A stretch of DNA of 64,000 bases from an uncultured Thermoanaerobaculia bacterium (GTDB lineage: Bacteria > Acidobacteriota > UBA4820 > DSQY01): contig CAZPSH010000006.1 of NCBI GenBank assembly GCA_964589625.1, positions 21,922-85,921 of the forward strand, written 5' to 3'. The notes under the pieces are model-generated. The model ran no database searches and was not told where the DNA came from. It saw only the letters and a list, made by a program, of their open reading frames with translations. The translations under genes and the position numbers were made by a program. Position 1 is the stretch's first letter; the number at the start of each line of letters is the position of its first letter. Below are positions 7,367 through 26,304 of the stretch, piece after piece.

Positions 7367-8757
7367 AGCACCGCCAACTCTTCCTGCTCTGTCTCCTGCT
7401 GGCACCGGCCCTCCGCACCGGAGCGGAAGGGGAGGGACCCCCGGCGGGTCCCACCGGCTCTCCGCTCACCTTGCGTGAGTGCGTCGGGATCGCGGTCAGC
7501 CACAACCCGGACGTCGGCGCCATGCTTCATGCCGGGCGGGCCTCCATGGCACGCATCGGACAGAGCCGGGCCTCCTACTGGCCCACCCTCACGGCCACCG
7601 GGGGGTTGTCCCGATCCTACGCCGAAGCCCAGCCTGGCGCCTTAGGCCGCTCCGACGCCGCCACGAGTTCCAGCGGAATCCTCTCTACCCAAGTTACGCT
7701 CCTCGACGGGGGTCAGAGAAGGACGGAGGTCCAAGGGACCGAGGCAACGTACCAGGCCGCCGACTGGAGGTTCAAGGCCACCGTCCAGGACTTGGCCGTG
7801 GAGGTGGCCACGGCCTACTACAATCTTCAGGGCTTCCTTTGGGACCTCGAGGTGGCGCGGGAGATTCTGTCCCAAAGCACGGCCCACCTGGAGATGGCCC
7901 AGGCCAGAGAATCCGTGGGCCTCGCGCCGAGAGCCGACGTGCTCCGGGCGGCCACCGCCGAGGCGGACGCTCGACTGGGCGTGGTCCAGGCCGCCAGTGA
8001 CGTGTCTCGGGGAATGTCGGCCCTGGCGATCCTCATGGGGCATCCCGCGGACGCGCCCATCGAGATCGCGGGCGTCTCCCGGGAAGGGGGCCTGCCCCCC
8101 GTCCCGGACTGGGCCGAGGGACGGGCCCGGGCGCTGTCCGCCATCCCCGAAGTGAGGGCGGCGCGGGCGTCAGAGGAGGCCTATCTCTTCACGTGGAAGG
8201 CCGCCCGGTTCTCCACGCGGCCGACGGTCACCGCCGACGGGTCGGTGGGGCTTCTGGACGCGGGGCGCTGGCCGGACAGAGACACGTGGAGCGTGGGCCT
8301 CTCGGTTCGGATTCCACTCTTCACGGGCTTCTCCAAATCCTGGAGCGTGGCGGGGGCCAGGGCCGGTTACGAAGGCGCCAGGGAGGAAACCCGAAGCGCC
8401 CTTCTTGCCGCGGAAAAGGCTGCTTTCACGGCGCGGATTGGGATTGAGGAGTCCCTCCAGGCGGTGGGCGCCGCGGAGGCTTACCTGAGAAGCGCGGAAG
8501 AAAACGCCCAGGTGGCCGAGGGGCAGTACCGGGAGGGCCTTGGCTCCATGCTCGACCTGGTGGACGCCACCGCCTCCCTGCAGAGCGCTAAGCTGCGCTT
8601 GGTGAGGGCGCGCCTCCAGGCGCTCCTCTCCGACCTGCAGTGGGGCCGCGCCACGGGGATCGATCTCCTGGAGGGCATCACCCTGCCTTCCACTGCGCTC
8701 ACGCTGTCACGCAAAACCGGCTTGGCCGGCACAACCACGGGGGACCCAACGCCATGA
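7363..8757 (+). CDS. TolC-family outer membrane efflux protein
   Basis: 464 aa, signal peptide, the two repeated halves typical of OEP/TolC; GTG start overlaps the upstream stop. Confidence 0.85.
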   Translation: MKHRQLFLLCLLLAPALRTGAEGEGPPAGPTGSPLTLRECVGIAVSHNPDVGAMLHAGRASMARIGQSRASYWPTLTATGGLSRSYAEAQPGALGRSDAATSSSGILSTQVTLLDGGQRRTEVQGTEATYQAADWRFKATVQDLAVEVATAYYNLQGFLWDLEVAREILSQSTAHLEMAQARESVGLAPRADVLRAATAEADARLGVVQAASDVSRGMSALAILMGHPADAPIEIAGVSREGGLPPVPDWAEGRARALSAIPEVRAARASEEAYLFTWKAARFSTRPTVTADGSVGLLDAGRWPDRDTWSVGLSVRIPLFTGFSKSWSVAGARAGYEGAREETRSALLAAEKAAFTARIGIEESLQAVGAAEAYLRSAEENAQVAEGQYREGLGSMLDLVDATASLQSAKLRLVRARLQALLSDLQWGRATGIDLLEGITLPSTALTLSRKTGLAGTTTGDPTP

Positions 8758-9836
8758 GGCCCAGAACCCTTCGAAGCACTCTCGTATTCACCCTCCTCCT
8801 TGTTGTCACCCTCGTGGGCGCATGCAAGGAAGCCGGGGGGGGCAAGACCCCCCAGGGCAGCATGGTTCCCGTCAAGATCATGGACCTGCCCGCCCAGGTC
8901 ATCGCCACGGGGACCGTTACTCCGAGAGTCGGGGCCCAGGTCAAAGTGGGCCCGCGCGTCTCGGGCCGGCTCGAGCGCCTCTTCGTGCAGGTGGGAGACC
9001 GCGTGACCCGGGGACAGATCCTCGCGATCCTGGAGCAGCGGGACCTCCAGGCCAACGTGGACAAGGCCAGGGCGGCACTGGCTTCGGCCGAGGCCACGGC
9101 CACCTACTCCGAATCCAATTACGTCCGGCTCAAGGAGCTCCTCCCCAAGGGCTACGTCTCCCAGGACGCCGTGGACGCCGCCTTGCGGAATTTCGAGCAG
9201 GCCCGGGCCGACGCGAAGAACGCGAAGGCCCAACTCGATTTCGCCAAGGTCCAGCTCTCCTACGCCACCGTCACGTCGCCCATCGACGGAATTATCGGAT
9301 CCGTCTCCACCCAGGAGGGGGAGACGGTGGCGGCGAGCCTGAGCGCGCCCACCTTCGTAACGGTCATCGACCTGAGCCGCCTGGAGGTGGACGCCTATGT
9401 GGACGAGGTGGACATCGGCCGGGTCAAGGTCGGACAGGCCGCGACCTTCACCGTGGACGCATTCCCGGACAAGACCTTCAACGCGGTGGTGGAGGCCATC
9501 TACCCGCAAGCCGTCATCCAGGACAACGTCGTCAACTACGCCGTCGTCCTCGGCATTCAGGACGCCTTCGAGGGACTCCTCCGGCCCCAGATGACCGCCT
9601 CCGTCTCCATCACGCTGGACACCACCAAGGGTGCCTTGGTCGTGCCCGTCCGCGCCATCAAGCACGAGGGCGGGAAGGCCTTTGTCCAGATCCCCCAGGG
9701 GAAGGGTCTCACGGCGCGCCCGGTGACCCTTGGACGGGAGTCGGGCGACTACGTCCAGGTCAAGGCCGGGCTGTCCGAGGGCGACAAGGTCTTCGTGCCG
9801 GGCGCCGCCCGAACCAACGACACCGGCGGGATGTGA
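8754..9836 (+). CDS. Efflux membrane fusion protein (MacA/HlyD family)
   Basis: Lipoprotein-like N-terminus (LVGAC), coiled-coil hairpin, beta-barrel and MP domains; ATG overlaps the TolC-like stop. Confidence 0.85.
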   Translation: MRPRTLRSTLVFTLLLVVTLVGACKEAGGGKTPQGSMVPVKIMDLPAQVIATGTVTPRVGAQVKVGPRVSGRLERLFVQVGDRVTRGQILAILEQRDLQANVDKARAALASAEATATYSESNYVRLKELLPKGYVSQDAVDAALRNFEQARADAKNAKAQLDFAKVQLSYATVTSPIDGIIGSVSTQEGETVAASLSAPTFVTVIDLSRLEVDAYVDEVDIGRVKVGQAATFTVDAFPDKTFNAVVEAIYPQAVIQDNVVNYAVVLGIQDAFEGLLRPQMTASVSITLDTTKGALVVPVRAIKHEGGKAFVQIPQGKGLTARPVTLGRESGDYVQVKAGLSEGDKVFVPGAARTNDTGGM

Positions 9837-9846
9837 GGCGGAGGCC

Positions 9847-10524
9847 ATGATCGAACTGGGCGGAATCGCCAAGACCTACCTCACGGGCGGCGTCGAGACT
9901 CCCGTCCTGCACGGGATCGACCTGACCATCGAAGAAGGGGAGTTCGTGGCCCTCATGGGCCCATCGGGGACCGGAAAGAGCACGCTGATGAACATCCTCG
10001 GTCTTCTGGACCGGCCCTCGGCAGGCACATACCGCTTCGGAGGCCAGGACCTTACAACCCTCGGGGACGACGCCCTGTCCGCCATTCGGAACCGTCGAAT
10101 CGGCTTCGTCTTCCAACTGTTTCACCTCCTGCCCAGGGTCAACGTCCTCCAGAACGTGCTCCTACCCTTTCTCTACACCGAGCCCTACCCCCCGGACGCC
10201 CGCGACCGCGCCTTGGGCCTCCTCAAACGGGTGGGCCTGGAGGACCGTGTCGGCTTCAAGCCCAACGCCCTGTCCGGCGGCCAACAGCAGCGGGTGGCCA
10301 TCGCACGGGCTCTTGTCAACGAGCCCGCCCTTATCCTGGCGGACGAACCCACGGGGAACCTGGACTCGGTGGCGACCCAGGAGATCCTCGCCATCTTCGA
10401 CCGAATCCACAGGGAGGGGCGAACCATCGTCATGGTCACCCACGAACCCGAAGTGGCCTCCCACGCTTCGCGCGTGATTACCCTAAAGGACGGACGCGTC
10501 GCGAGCGACGTCCGGCCGGCCTGA
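9847..10524 (+). CDS. ABC transporter ATP-binding protein (MacB/LolD-like)
   Basis: Walker A GPSGTGKST, signature LSGGQQQRVAIARAL, Walker B ILADEPTGNLD. Confidence 0.9.
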   Translation: MIELGGIAKTYLTGGVETPVLHGIDLTIEEGEFVALMGPSGTGKSTLMNILGLLDRPSAGTYRFGGQDLTTLGDDALSAIRNRRIGFVFQLFHLLPRVNVLQNVLLPFLYTEPYPPDARDRALGLLKRVGLEDRVGFKPNALSGGQQQRVAIARALVNEPALILADEPTGNLDSVATQEILAIFDRIHREGRTIVMVTHEPEVASHASRVITLKDGRVASDVRPA

Positions 10525-10536
10525 GGTGCGCCTTCC

Positions 10537-11823
10537 ATGAACCGCGCCGAGACCGCCCAGCACCTTTCCTTGAGTTCGGGCCGCGCCCGGCCGGCCCTTT
10601 CCCCCTTCCGCATCCTACGGCTGGCGCGCCACGCCGCGGGCGCCCTCTGGTCCCAGAAGGGCAAGGCCTTCCTCATGCTCCTCGGGACCGCCGTCGGCAT
10701 CATGCTCCTCACGGCCGTCGTGGGCCTGAGCGCCGGCGTGGAGCAGAGAATCTCCCAGATCATGGCCACCTTCGGTCCCCGCTCGATCATGGTCTTCGCC
10801 GGCGGCGGGAGGATGATGGGCCCCCCGGGGAGGTCCGCTTCCTCTTCCACCCTCCGCCTCGAGGACGCCGTCGCGGTCCGGGAGCGGTTCTCCGAGGAGG
10901 CCGTGACCTGCGCCGGGCTCTTCCAGAGGGATGTCCCCATCAAGGCCGGAGAGGCGGAAGCACAGACCGGCGTGACCGCCGCCGACCCGGCCTACTGCCA
11001 GACCTTCGATTGGTACGTGGCAACGGGGGAGCCCCTCGACGACGACGACGAGAGGACCCTGGCGAGGCGCTGCGTCCTGGGAACCACCGTGGCTCGGAAC
11101 CTCTTCGGTGACGAGGATCCGGTGGGCAAGCGGATCCTGGTCAACCGGGTCCAGTTCACGGTGAAGGGCGTTCTCCAGTCCCGGGGAACGAATTCCATGG
11201 GGTTCGATATGGACGACCGCATCTGGGTCCCCCTTTCGACGGGGATGCGGCGCGTCTTCCGGGTGGACGCCATCCGGTTCATCCGCCTCAGGGTCCGGGA
11301 AGGCTACGAGGTCCCGGCCGTTGTGCAGGGCGTGACGGCGATCCTTCGACAACGGCACCACGTCCGGGAGGAAGAGGAGGACGACTTCCGGATGCGCACC
11401 CCGGAGTTCATCGCCCAGCGTGTCCGGAGCATGGCTCGGACCACCCAACTCGTGGGGGGCGCTCTGACCCTGGTGGCGCTCCTCGTCGGGGGAGTGGTCC
11501 TGATGAACATCCTCCTTCTGTCCGTCAGCGAGCGCGTGCCGGAGATCGGGCTCAAGCGGGCCCTGGGCGCGTCGAGGCGAGACGTCTTTTCCGAATTCCT
11601 GGTGGAATCGGTGATCGTGAGCCTCCTGGGCATGGCCTTGGGGGTCCTTCTTGGACTTATCCCCGTGCTGGCCATCCCCAAGTTGTTCCCCATGATGCCC
11701 ATGGCCGTGAGTTGGAAGACCTTCGCCTACTCGGCCCTCTTCTCCACACTGGTGGGACTCGTCTTCGGCGTCCAACCCGCGCGCCGGGCCGCCAAGCTCG
11801 ACCCCGTGGAGGCCCTAAGATGA
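10537..11823 (+). CDS. ABC transporter permease, FtsX/MacB family (permease 1)
   Basis: 428 aa: N-terminal TM helix, large periplasmic domain, C-terminal FtsX 3-TM bundle. Confidence 0.85.
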   Translation: MNRAETAQHLSLSSGRARPALSPFRILRLARHAAGALWSQKGKAFLMLLGTAVGIMLLTAVVGLSAGVEQRISQIMATFGPRSIMVFAGGGRMMGPPGRSASSSTLRLEDAVAVRERFSEEAVTCAGLFQRDVPIKAGEAEAQTGVTAADPAYCQTFDWYVATGEPLDDDDERTLARRCVLGTTVARNLFGDEDPVGKRILVNRVQFTVKGVLQSRGTNSMGFDMDDRIWVPLSTGMRRVFRVDAIRFIRLRVREGYEVPAVVQGVTAILRQRHHVREEEEDDFRMRTPEFIAQRVRSMARTTQLVGGALTLVALLVGGVVLMNILLLSVSERVPEIGLKRALGASRRDVFSEFLVESVIVSLLGMALGVLLGLIPVLAIPKLFPMMPMAVSWKTFAYSALFSTLVGLVFGVQPARRAAKLDPVEALR

Positions 11824-11912
11824 TTTCGGATTTTCGATTTTGGATTTCGGATTGGAGGCGGGAAGTGGGGTTGGTAGCATCCATCCCAAATCCCCAATCC
11901 CAAATCCCAAAT
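11822..11912. repeat. Heptamer-repeat element: four copies of GATTTCG (GATTTCG GATTTTC GATTTTG GATTTCG) and about 30 nt downstream the inverted counterpart (CCAAATC CCCAATC CCAAATC CCAAAT)
   Basis: Read directly, starting at the stop codon of permease 1 and ending at the RBS of permease 2. The arms are imperfectly complementary (potential hairpin). The same heptamer array recurs at 41938-41970. Confidence 0.6.
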
Positions 11913-11932
11913 GTCTCCGGAGGGCTCCCTGG

Positions 11933-13156
11933 ATGAATCTGGCCCGCACGCTCGTCATCTCCTGGGACGTCCTCATGGGCCACAAGTTGCGGACATTGCT
12001 GTCCAGCACGGGCATCGCCATCGGCGTGGCCGCCGTCGTCATCATGGTGGGGGCTGGAAAGGCGGCGGAGGAGGAGGTCGTCGGAAAGGTCCGCAGCATG
12101 GGCACCAACCTCCTCGTGGTCCAGGCCGGACGGTTCCAGAACCTGGGCGGACGGACCCGCCAGGTCGCCACCTTCACGACCCTCACCCAAAGAGACGTCC
12201 AGGCCCTCTCGCGCCGGATCACCGGAATCGAGCGCATCGCCGGGGTGTACCAGAGGAGCGCCGTGGTCCGGTACAAAGGAATCCGCACTCGAACCGACGT
12301 GGCGGGGGCCGAGCCTGCCCTCTTCCAGATCCGGGGCATCTCCGCCGCGAGCGGCCGCCTCTTCACCGACCTGGAACAGAGATCTTTGGCCCGTGTGGCG
12401 GTCGTGGGCCCCACGGTCGCGTCCAACGTCTTTTCCGGCGCGGACCCCGTGGGCAGATCCGTGGAGATCAACAGGATCCTTTTCAAGGTCGTGGGCGTCA
12501 CCTCCCCGCGGGGCCAGGACCTCAGCGGGGACGACCAGGACGACGTGGTGTACGTCCCGCTCTCCACCGCCATGGTGCGCGTCTTCCACGTCACCTACCT
12601 CCAGGGCATCCTGATCCAGGCCGAAAGCGCCGAAGCCATGGCCTCCCTTCCCGACCAGATCGCTCCCGTGCTCCGGAAGACCCACAGGCTCAAGCCGGGC
12701 AAGGAGAACGACTTCACGATCCAGGACCAGGCCCAGCTGATGCGGTCCGAGCAGGACACCAGCCAGGCTTTTACGGTCCTCGTGGGGAGCGTGGCTGGCG
12801 TCTCCCTTTTCACGGGAGGCGTCGGCATCCTCGCCGTCATGCTGATCTCTATCCGGGAAAGGACCCGGGAGATCGGCCTTCGGAGGGCCCTGGGAGGCCG
12901 GAGGAGGGACATCCTGGGGCAGTTTCTCCTGGAGGCGGGCAGCCTGGCCGCCATGGGAGGACTCTCGGGGGTCCTCGTGGGCCTGGGGGGCACCTGGCTC
13001 ACCGTGCACCTCATGCGATGGCCCCTCGTTTGGCCCTGGAGCGCCACCGCTTTTGCCCTCGGGCTTTCGGTGACCATGGGAGTCGCCTTCGGCCTCTATC
13101 CCGCCATGAAGGCCGCCCGGCTGGAACCGGCCGTGGCCCTCCATGCCGCCGGCTGA
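11933..13156 (+). CDS. ABC transporter permease, FtsX/MacB family (permease 2)
   Basis: About 407 aa from ATG 11933; same architecture as permease 1 (paralog). Confidence 0.85.
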   Translation: MNLARTLVISWDVLMGHKLRTLLSSTGIAIGVAAVVIMVGAGKAAEEEVVGKVRSMGTNLLVVQAGRFQNLGGRTRQVATFTTLTQRDVQALSRRITGIERIAGVYQRSAVVRYKGIRTRTDVAGAEPALFQIRGISAASGRLFTDLEQRSLARVAVVGPTVASNVFSGADPVGRSVEINRILFKVVGVTSPRGQDLSGDDQDDVVYVPLSTAMVRVFHVTYLQGILIQAESAEAMASLPDQIAPVLRKTHRLKPGKENDFTIQDQAQLMRSEQDTSQAFTVLVGSVAGVSLFTGGVGILAVMLISIRERTREIGLRRALGGRRRDILGQFLLEAGSLAAMGGLSGVLVGLGGTWLTVHLMRWPLVWPWSATAFALGLSVTMGVAFGLYPAMKAARLEPAVALHAAG

Positions 13157-13328
13157 CCCCGAAGGGGGACCGGCCCATGGAAAGAGGCCCCATGGATGGT
13201 GGGGGATCGACTTCGTCCATGGCAGCCGCAACGTCCACCTCGGCACCCCACCCGAGGGCTCGTCCGAGCTTCCAGCCCGTGTGGGCTCCGCAGGACTCCA
13301 CCGTTCCCCACACCCAGAGGAGACCATC

Positions 13329-13856
13329 ATGAAATCGCTTCAAGCCCGGCTCCTTCCTTTCGTCCTGGCCTGCCTCGCTCCCCTCCTCGCCTGCCGAGAG
13401 GCCGGGGGAACCCGCGTCGCGGTCATCGACATGGAGCGAATCGCCTCCGACTCCGCCGCGGCCAAGGCCGCCTTCGCCGAAGTGCAGGCTCTTTCGGAGA
13501 CAGCCCAGGGACAATTGTCTGGGCTCGCCCGCGAGATCCAAAGGGCCGAAGAGGCCGGGCGCATCCGGCCCGCCGATCTTGAGGCCATGAAGAGGCGGTG
13601 GATCGCCTTGAGGCAGGAGGCCGAATCCCAAGTGGGAGCCCGCCGCGAGGCGGCCGCAGCGGAGATGGAGGACGTCCTTCGCCGCGCCCTTGAGGAACTC
13701 GCTTCCGAGAACGGATGGGACTTGGCTCTCCGGAAGCAGGACGGAGTCGCCTGGTCCAAGAGGGACCTCGACGTTACGGCCCCCGTCGCGAGAAGGATGG
13801 ACGAGATCTGGGGCCGAACCCACAAGGACCGAGCCAGAGGGCCAGAGAACCCGTGA
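13329..13856 (+). CDS. Periplasmic chaperone Skp/OmpH family
   Basis: Signal peptide plus coiled-coil Ala/Glu/Arg-rich helical body of about 175 aa; weak family-level call. Confidence 0.55.
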   Translation: MKSLQARLLPFVLACLAPLLACREAGGTRVAVIDMERIASDSAAAKAAFAEVQALSETAQGQLSGLAREIQRAEEAGRIRPADLEAMKRRWIALRQEAESQVGARREAAAAEMEDVLRRALEELASENGWDLALRKQDGVAWSKRDLDVTAPVARRMDEIWGRTHKDRARGPENP

Positions 13857-13917
13857 AACCGGGAGGTCATGGGCTCCGGCGCTCCTGGGCGCTCGGATTC
13901 GTGGGCTCGCACCTCTC

Positions 13918-13941
13918 GGCGGAGAGGGGGGGATTCGAACC
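13918..13941 (-). repeat. Duplicate of the 3'-terminal 24 nt of tRNA-Ser (att-like direct repeat or pseudo-tRNA fragment)
   Basis: GGCGGAGAGGGGGGGATTCGAACC is identical to the 3' end of the tRNA-Ser gene 118 bp away, then diverges; it cannot fold into a cloverleaf. Confidence 0.6.
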
Positions 13942-14058
13942 TACAAGGACCCTGCGTTTCAAGGCCGCCTACGGTTCCCGGGGTGGGGGGTCAGCGGAGC
14001 GACCGAAGGGAGCGGAGCGCATAGGGGGGAGGACGGGACGGCCTTCCCCCTTGCTTCT

Positions 14059-14152
<94 letters not shown>

Positions 14153-14303
14153 GCGGAAAGGGTGGCCGCTTCTATTATAGGCGGGACCGAGCCTGCGCGT
14201 CAACGAAGAGAGGCTCTTGCGGCCCCTCCCGGTCGGTGGGATCCAGAGAACGCGAAGGGGGCGGGCCGAAGCCCGCCCCCTATGGGTGGCGACGAAGAGC
14301 AGG

Positions 14304-18830
<4,527 letters not shown>

Positions 18831-18842
18831 ACCCCCTTAGGG

Positions 18843-23153
<4,311 letters not shown>

Positions 23154-23296
23154 CAGGCCGTCTCCTCAAGTCCAAACCGAACGGGTCCGACATCGCGGCC
23201 CTTTACGGGCGGGGTCCGCCCCGCGCTCGGAAAAGGCACACGGGCAGGGCACGCCGGGATGGCGCCCTGCCCAGAATGGACGTGGCCGGCGGAACG

Positions 23297-23674
23297 CTAC
23301 TTGATCTCGACAGTCGCGCCCTGCTCCTCGAACTTCTTCTTGATGGCCTCGGCCTCTTCCTTGTTCACGCCTTCCTTAATGGCCTTGGGCGCACCCTCGA
23401 CCAGGTCCTTCGCCTCCTTGAGCCCGAGGCTGGTGATCTCGCGGACGACCTTGATCACGTTGATCTTCTTCTCGCCCGCGTTCTTGAGGATCACGTCGAA
23501 CTCGGTCTTCTCCTCCACGGGGGCCGCGGCGGCAGCGCCGGGGGCGGCCATCATGACGGGGGCCGCGGCGGCGGCGGAGACGCCCCACTTCTCTTCGAGC
23601 ATCTTGCTCAGCTGGGCGGCTTCCAGCACGGTGAGGGCGCTCAGCTGTTCGACGATCACATTCAGGTCGGCCAT
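23297..23674 (-). CDS. rplL: 50S ribosomal protein L7/L12
   Basis: 125 aa, Ala-rich hinge, conserved C-terminal domain. Confidence 0.95.
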   Translation of the reverse strand: MADLNVIVEQLSALTVLEAAQLSKMLEEKWGVSAAAAAPVMMAAPGAAAAAPVEEKTEFDVILKNAGEKKINVIKVVREITSLGLKEAKDLVEGAPKAIKEGVNKEEAEAIKKKFEEQGATVEIK

Positions 23675-23761
23675 GGGAAAACTCCTTCTTGCGGCGAAAG
23701 GCCTCGAGCTTCCTGCTCTCGGCTTGAACGACTCAACCCAGAAACCCCTTACTCGATCCGA

Positions 23762-24280
23762 TCAACCTTCGGCCTGCTTGCCGCGCTCGGACAGGCAGAC
23801 CGCCACGTTCCTTCCAGGCGTCTGAAGCAGGGTGGCCAGCTTCGTGGCCGGCGCCTGCAGGAGCCCGATGAGCTGGGCCCGCACGCCGTCGAGGCCGGGG
23901 AGCAGGGAGAGGGCCATGACGCCCGGGGCGTCCACGGCCTGCCCCTCCACCACGCCGCCCTTGACCTTCAGTTTCGGGTTCTCCTTGGCGAAGGCGATGA
24001 GGACCTTCGCGAGGGGAACCGGGTCCTTCTCGGACCAGGCCAGCGCCGTCGGCCCTTCCATCCACTCGCTGGCTCCCGTGAGGCTGGTGCCCTGGGAGGC
24101 CTGGCGGAGGAGGGTGTTCTTCACGACGCGCAGGCGGCCGGAGGATTCCCGGATCCGGTCGCGCAGCTGGCTGATGTCCTTGACCTTGAGCCCCTTGAAG
24201 TCCACCAGGTAGAACGCGCCGTTCTGCTGGATGACCTCCTGGATCTCCCGGATGGTGTCCTGTTTCTCAGCCCGGTTCAC
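23762..24280 (-). CDS. rplJ: 50S ribosomal protein L10
   Basis: 172 aa. Confidence 0.95.
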   Translation of the reverse strand: MNRAEKQDTIREIQEVIQQNGAFYLVDFKGLKVKDISQLRDRIRESSGRLRVVKNTLLRQASQGTSLTGASEWMEGPTALAWSEKDPVPLAKVLIAFAKENPKLKVKGGVVEGQAVDAPGVMALSLLPGLDGVRAQLIGLLQAPATKLATLLQTPGRNVAVCLSERGKQAEG

Positions 24281-24290
24281 GGCGTCCTCC

Positions 24291-24977
24291 TTAGTAACCG
24301 CTCACGTCCAGGCGGACGCTGGGGCTCATGGTGGTGGAGAGGTAGGCGCTCTTGACGTACTTGCCTTTGGCCGCCGAGGGCTTGGCCTTGAGGACGGCCT
24401 CGATGAGCGACTGGGCGTTCTCCAGGAGCTTGGCCTCTTCGAACGACTTCTTCCCCACGGGGCAGTGGATGATCCCCGTCTTGTCGACGCGGAATTCGAC
24501 CTTGCCCGCCTTGAGGTCCTTCACGGCCTGGGTGACGTCGAAGGTCACGGTGCCGAGCTTGGGGTTGGGCATGAGGCCACGGGGGCCGAGCACCTTGCCC
24601 AGCTTCCCCACCTCTTTCATCATGTCCGGCGTGGCCACGACGGCATCGAAATCCATCCATCCGCCCTGAATCTTGGCCACCACTTCCTCGCCCAGAGCGA
24701 AGTCGGCGCCCGCCGCCTCGGCCTCCCGAACCTTCTCGCCCTGGGCCACCACCAGCACCCGGACGCTCTTGCCCAGGCCGTGGGGGAGGACCGTCGTGCC
24801 GCGGACCATCTGGTCGGCGTACTTGGGGTCCACACCCAGGTTCAGGGAGATCTCCACGGTCTCGTCGAAGCCCGCGAAGGCGATCTTCCGCAGAAGGTCA
24901 AGCGCCTCGGCGAGCGAGTACTCGCGCGGCTCCACCTGGGCCGCCGCCGCCTTGAATTTCTTACCTACCTTGGCCAT
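24291..24977 (-). CDS. rplA: 50S ribosomal protein L1
   Basis: 228 aa. Confidence 0.95.
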   Translation of the reverse strand: MAKVGKKFKAAAAQVEPREYSLAEALDLLRKIAFAGFDETVEISLNLGVDPKYADQMVRGTTVLPHGLGKSVRVLVVAQGEKVREAEAAGADFALGEEVVAKIQGGWMDFDAVVATPDMMKEVGKLGKVLGPRGLMPNPKLGTVTFDVTQAVKDLKAGKVEFRVDKTGIIHCPVGKKSFEEAKLLENAQSLIEAVLKAKPSAAKGKYVKSAYLSTTMSPSVRLDVSGY

Positions 24978-24989
24978 GGCCCGATCTCC

Positions 24990-25415
24990 TCAGTCCACGA
25001 TGTCCAGGCCCATGCTTCGGGCCGAGCCGGCGATGGTCTTGACGGCGCTTTCCAGGGTCTTGGTGTTCAGGTCGGGGAGCTTGTTCTTGGCGATCTCCTC
25101 GATCTGCTTGCGCGTCACCCTTCCCACCTTGTTCTTGTTGGGCTCCCCGGAGCCCTTGGCGAGCCCCGCGGCCTTCTTGAGGAGGTCCGAGGCCGGCGGC
25201 GTCTTGGTGATGAAGGTGAAGGAGCGGTCCGCGTACACCGTGATCACCACGGGGATGATGAACCCCTCCTGGCCCTTCGTCTTGGCGTTGAACTCCTTGC
25301 AGAAACCCATGATGTTCACGCCGTGCTGACCCAGGGCCGGACCCACCGGAGGCGCCGGGTTGGCGTTTCCGGCCGGGATCTGGAGCTTTACTTCGGCAAC
25401 GACTTTCTTGGCCAT
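24990..25415 (-). CDS. rplK: 50S ribosomal protein L11
   Basis: 141 aa. Confidence 0.95.
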   Translation of the reverse strand: MAKKVVAEVKLQIPAGNANPAPPVGPALGQHGVNIMGFCKEFNAKTKGQEGFIIPVVITVYADRSFTFITKTPPASDLLKKAAGLAKGSGEPNKNKVGRVTRKQIEEIAKNKLPDLNTKTLESAVKTIAGSARSMGLDIVD

Positions 25416-25461
25416 AGCGGGAGTTCTCCCTGCCTCACCGGCCGCGCGGCCGGGAGGTCCG

Positions 25462-25983
25462 TCACAGCTTCTCCACCTGGAGAAAATTGAGTTCCACGGG
25501 CGTGGACCGCCCGAAGATGGTCACCAGCACAGTGAGCGTGGCGTGGTCCGCGTTGACCTTGTCCACCACCCCCTGGAAGGAGGCGAAGGGGCCCTCGATG
25601 ATCTTGACCTTCTCGCCCGGCTCGAAGGTGTATTTCGGCTTGGGCGCCTCCGTGGCCTTCGTCATGTGGCCGAGCACCCGGTCCATCTCGTCCGGGCTGA
25701 GGGCCTCGCTGCTGACGAAACCGGTCACCTTGGGCGTGTTCACGACCACCTGGTGCGCCTCGTCGGTCATCAACATTTGGACCAGCACGTACCCCGGGAA
25801 GAACTTCTTGGTGGAGACGTGCTTCTTCCCGTTCCGGATCTCCACCACGTTCTCGGTGGGGATCATGACCTCGCCGAAGAAGTCCTTGAGCCCGAAGGCC
25901 TCGATCCGGTTCAGAAGGCTCTCCTTCACCCGGTTCTCAAAGCCCGAGTAGGTGTGGATGATGTACCACTGCATCTCAGCCAT
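25462..25983 (-). CDS. nusG: Transcription termination/antitermination factor NusG
   Basis: NGN plus KOW domains, starting at [19 protein letters not shown]. Confidence 0.9.
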   Translation of the reverse strand: MAEMQWYIIHTYSGFENRVKESLLNRIEAFGLKDFFGEVMIPTENVVEIRNGKKHVSTKKFFPGYVLVQMLMTDEAHQVVVNTPKVTGFVSSEALSPDEMDRVLGHMTKATEAPKPKYTFEPGEKVKIIEGPFASFQGVVDKVNADHATLTVLVTIFGRSTPVELNFLQVEKL

Positions 25984-25994
25984 CGGTTCGGCAC

Positions 25995-26240
25995 TCACTT
26001 GAAGAGGGCGAAGAGCCGGTTCAGGGCGCTGAAGACCACCTGGTCCACCACCCACAGATAGACGCCAAAGATGGCCACGATGACGATCACCACCGCCGTG
26101 GTGTTGACCACCTCCGCGCGGCTGGGAAAGGAGGTCTTTTTCACCTCCATCCGAACGTCCTTCAGAAAGGTCGGAAACCGCTGGAACCATTCGAGAACTT
26201 TCACGGGCCGCCTCACTCGCTTCTTAGGAAATCCGGGCAC
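25995..26240 (-). CDS. secE: Preprotein translocase subunit SecE
   Basis: 81 aa, single C-terminal TM helix; position between tRNA-Trp and nusG. Confidence 0.85.
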   Translation of the reverse strand: MPGFPKKRVRRPVKVLEWFQRFPTFLKDVRMEVKKTSFPSRAEVVNTTAVVIVIVAIFGVYLWVVDQVVFSALNRLFALFK

Positions 26241-26304
26241 TTGGCTTCACGCCTCCCGCCCGACCTGGCTCACTTCTCCGGCTGTCCGGCTCTATCCTTT
26301 TCCG

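Noticed and set aside
11822-11912. CRISPR array
   Set aside because: Repeat unit is 7 bp with no unique spacers of CRISPR length; only 4+4 units. No cas genes nearby.
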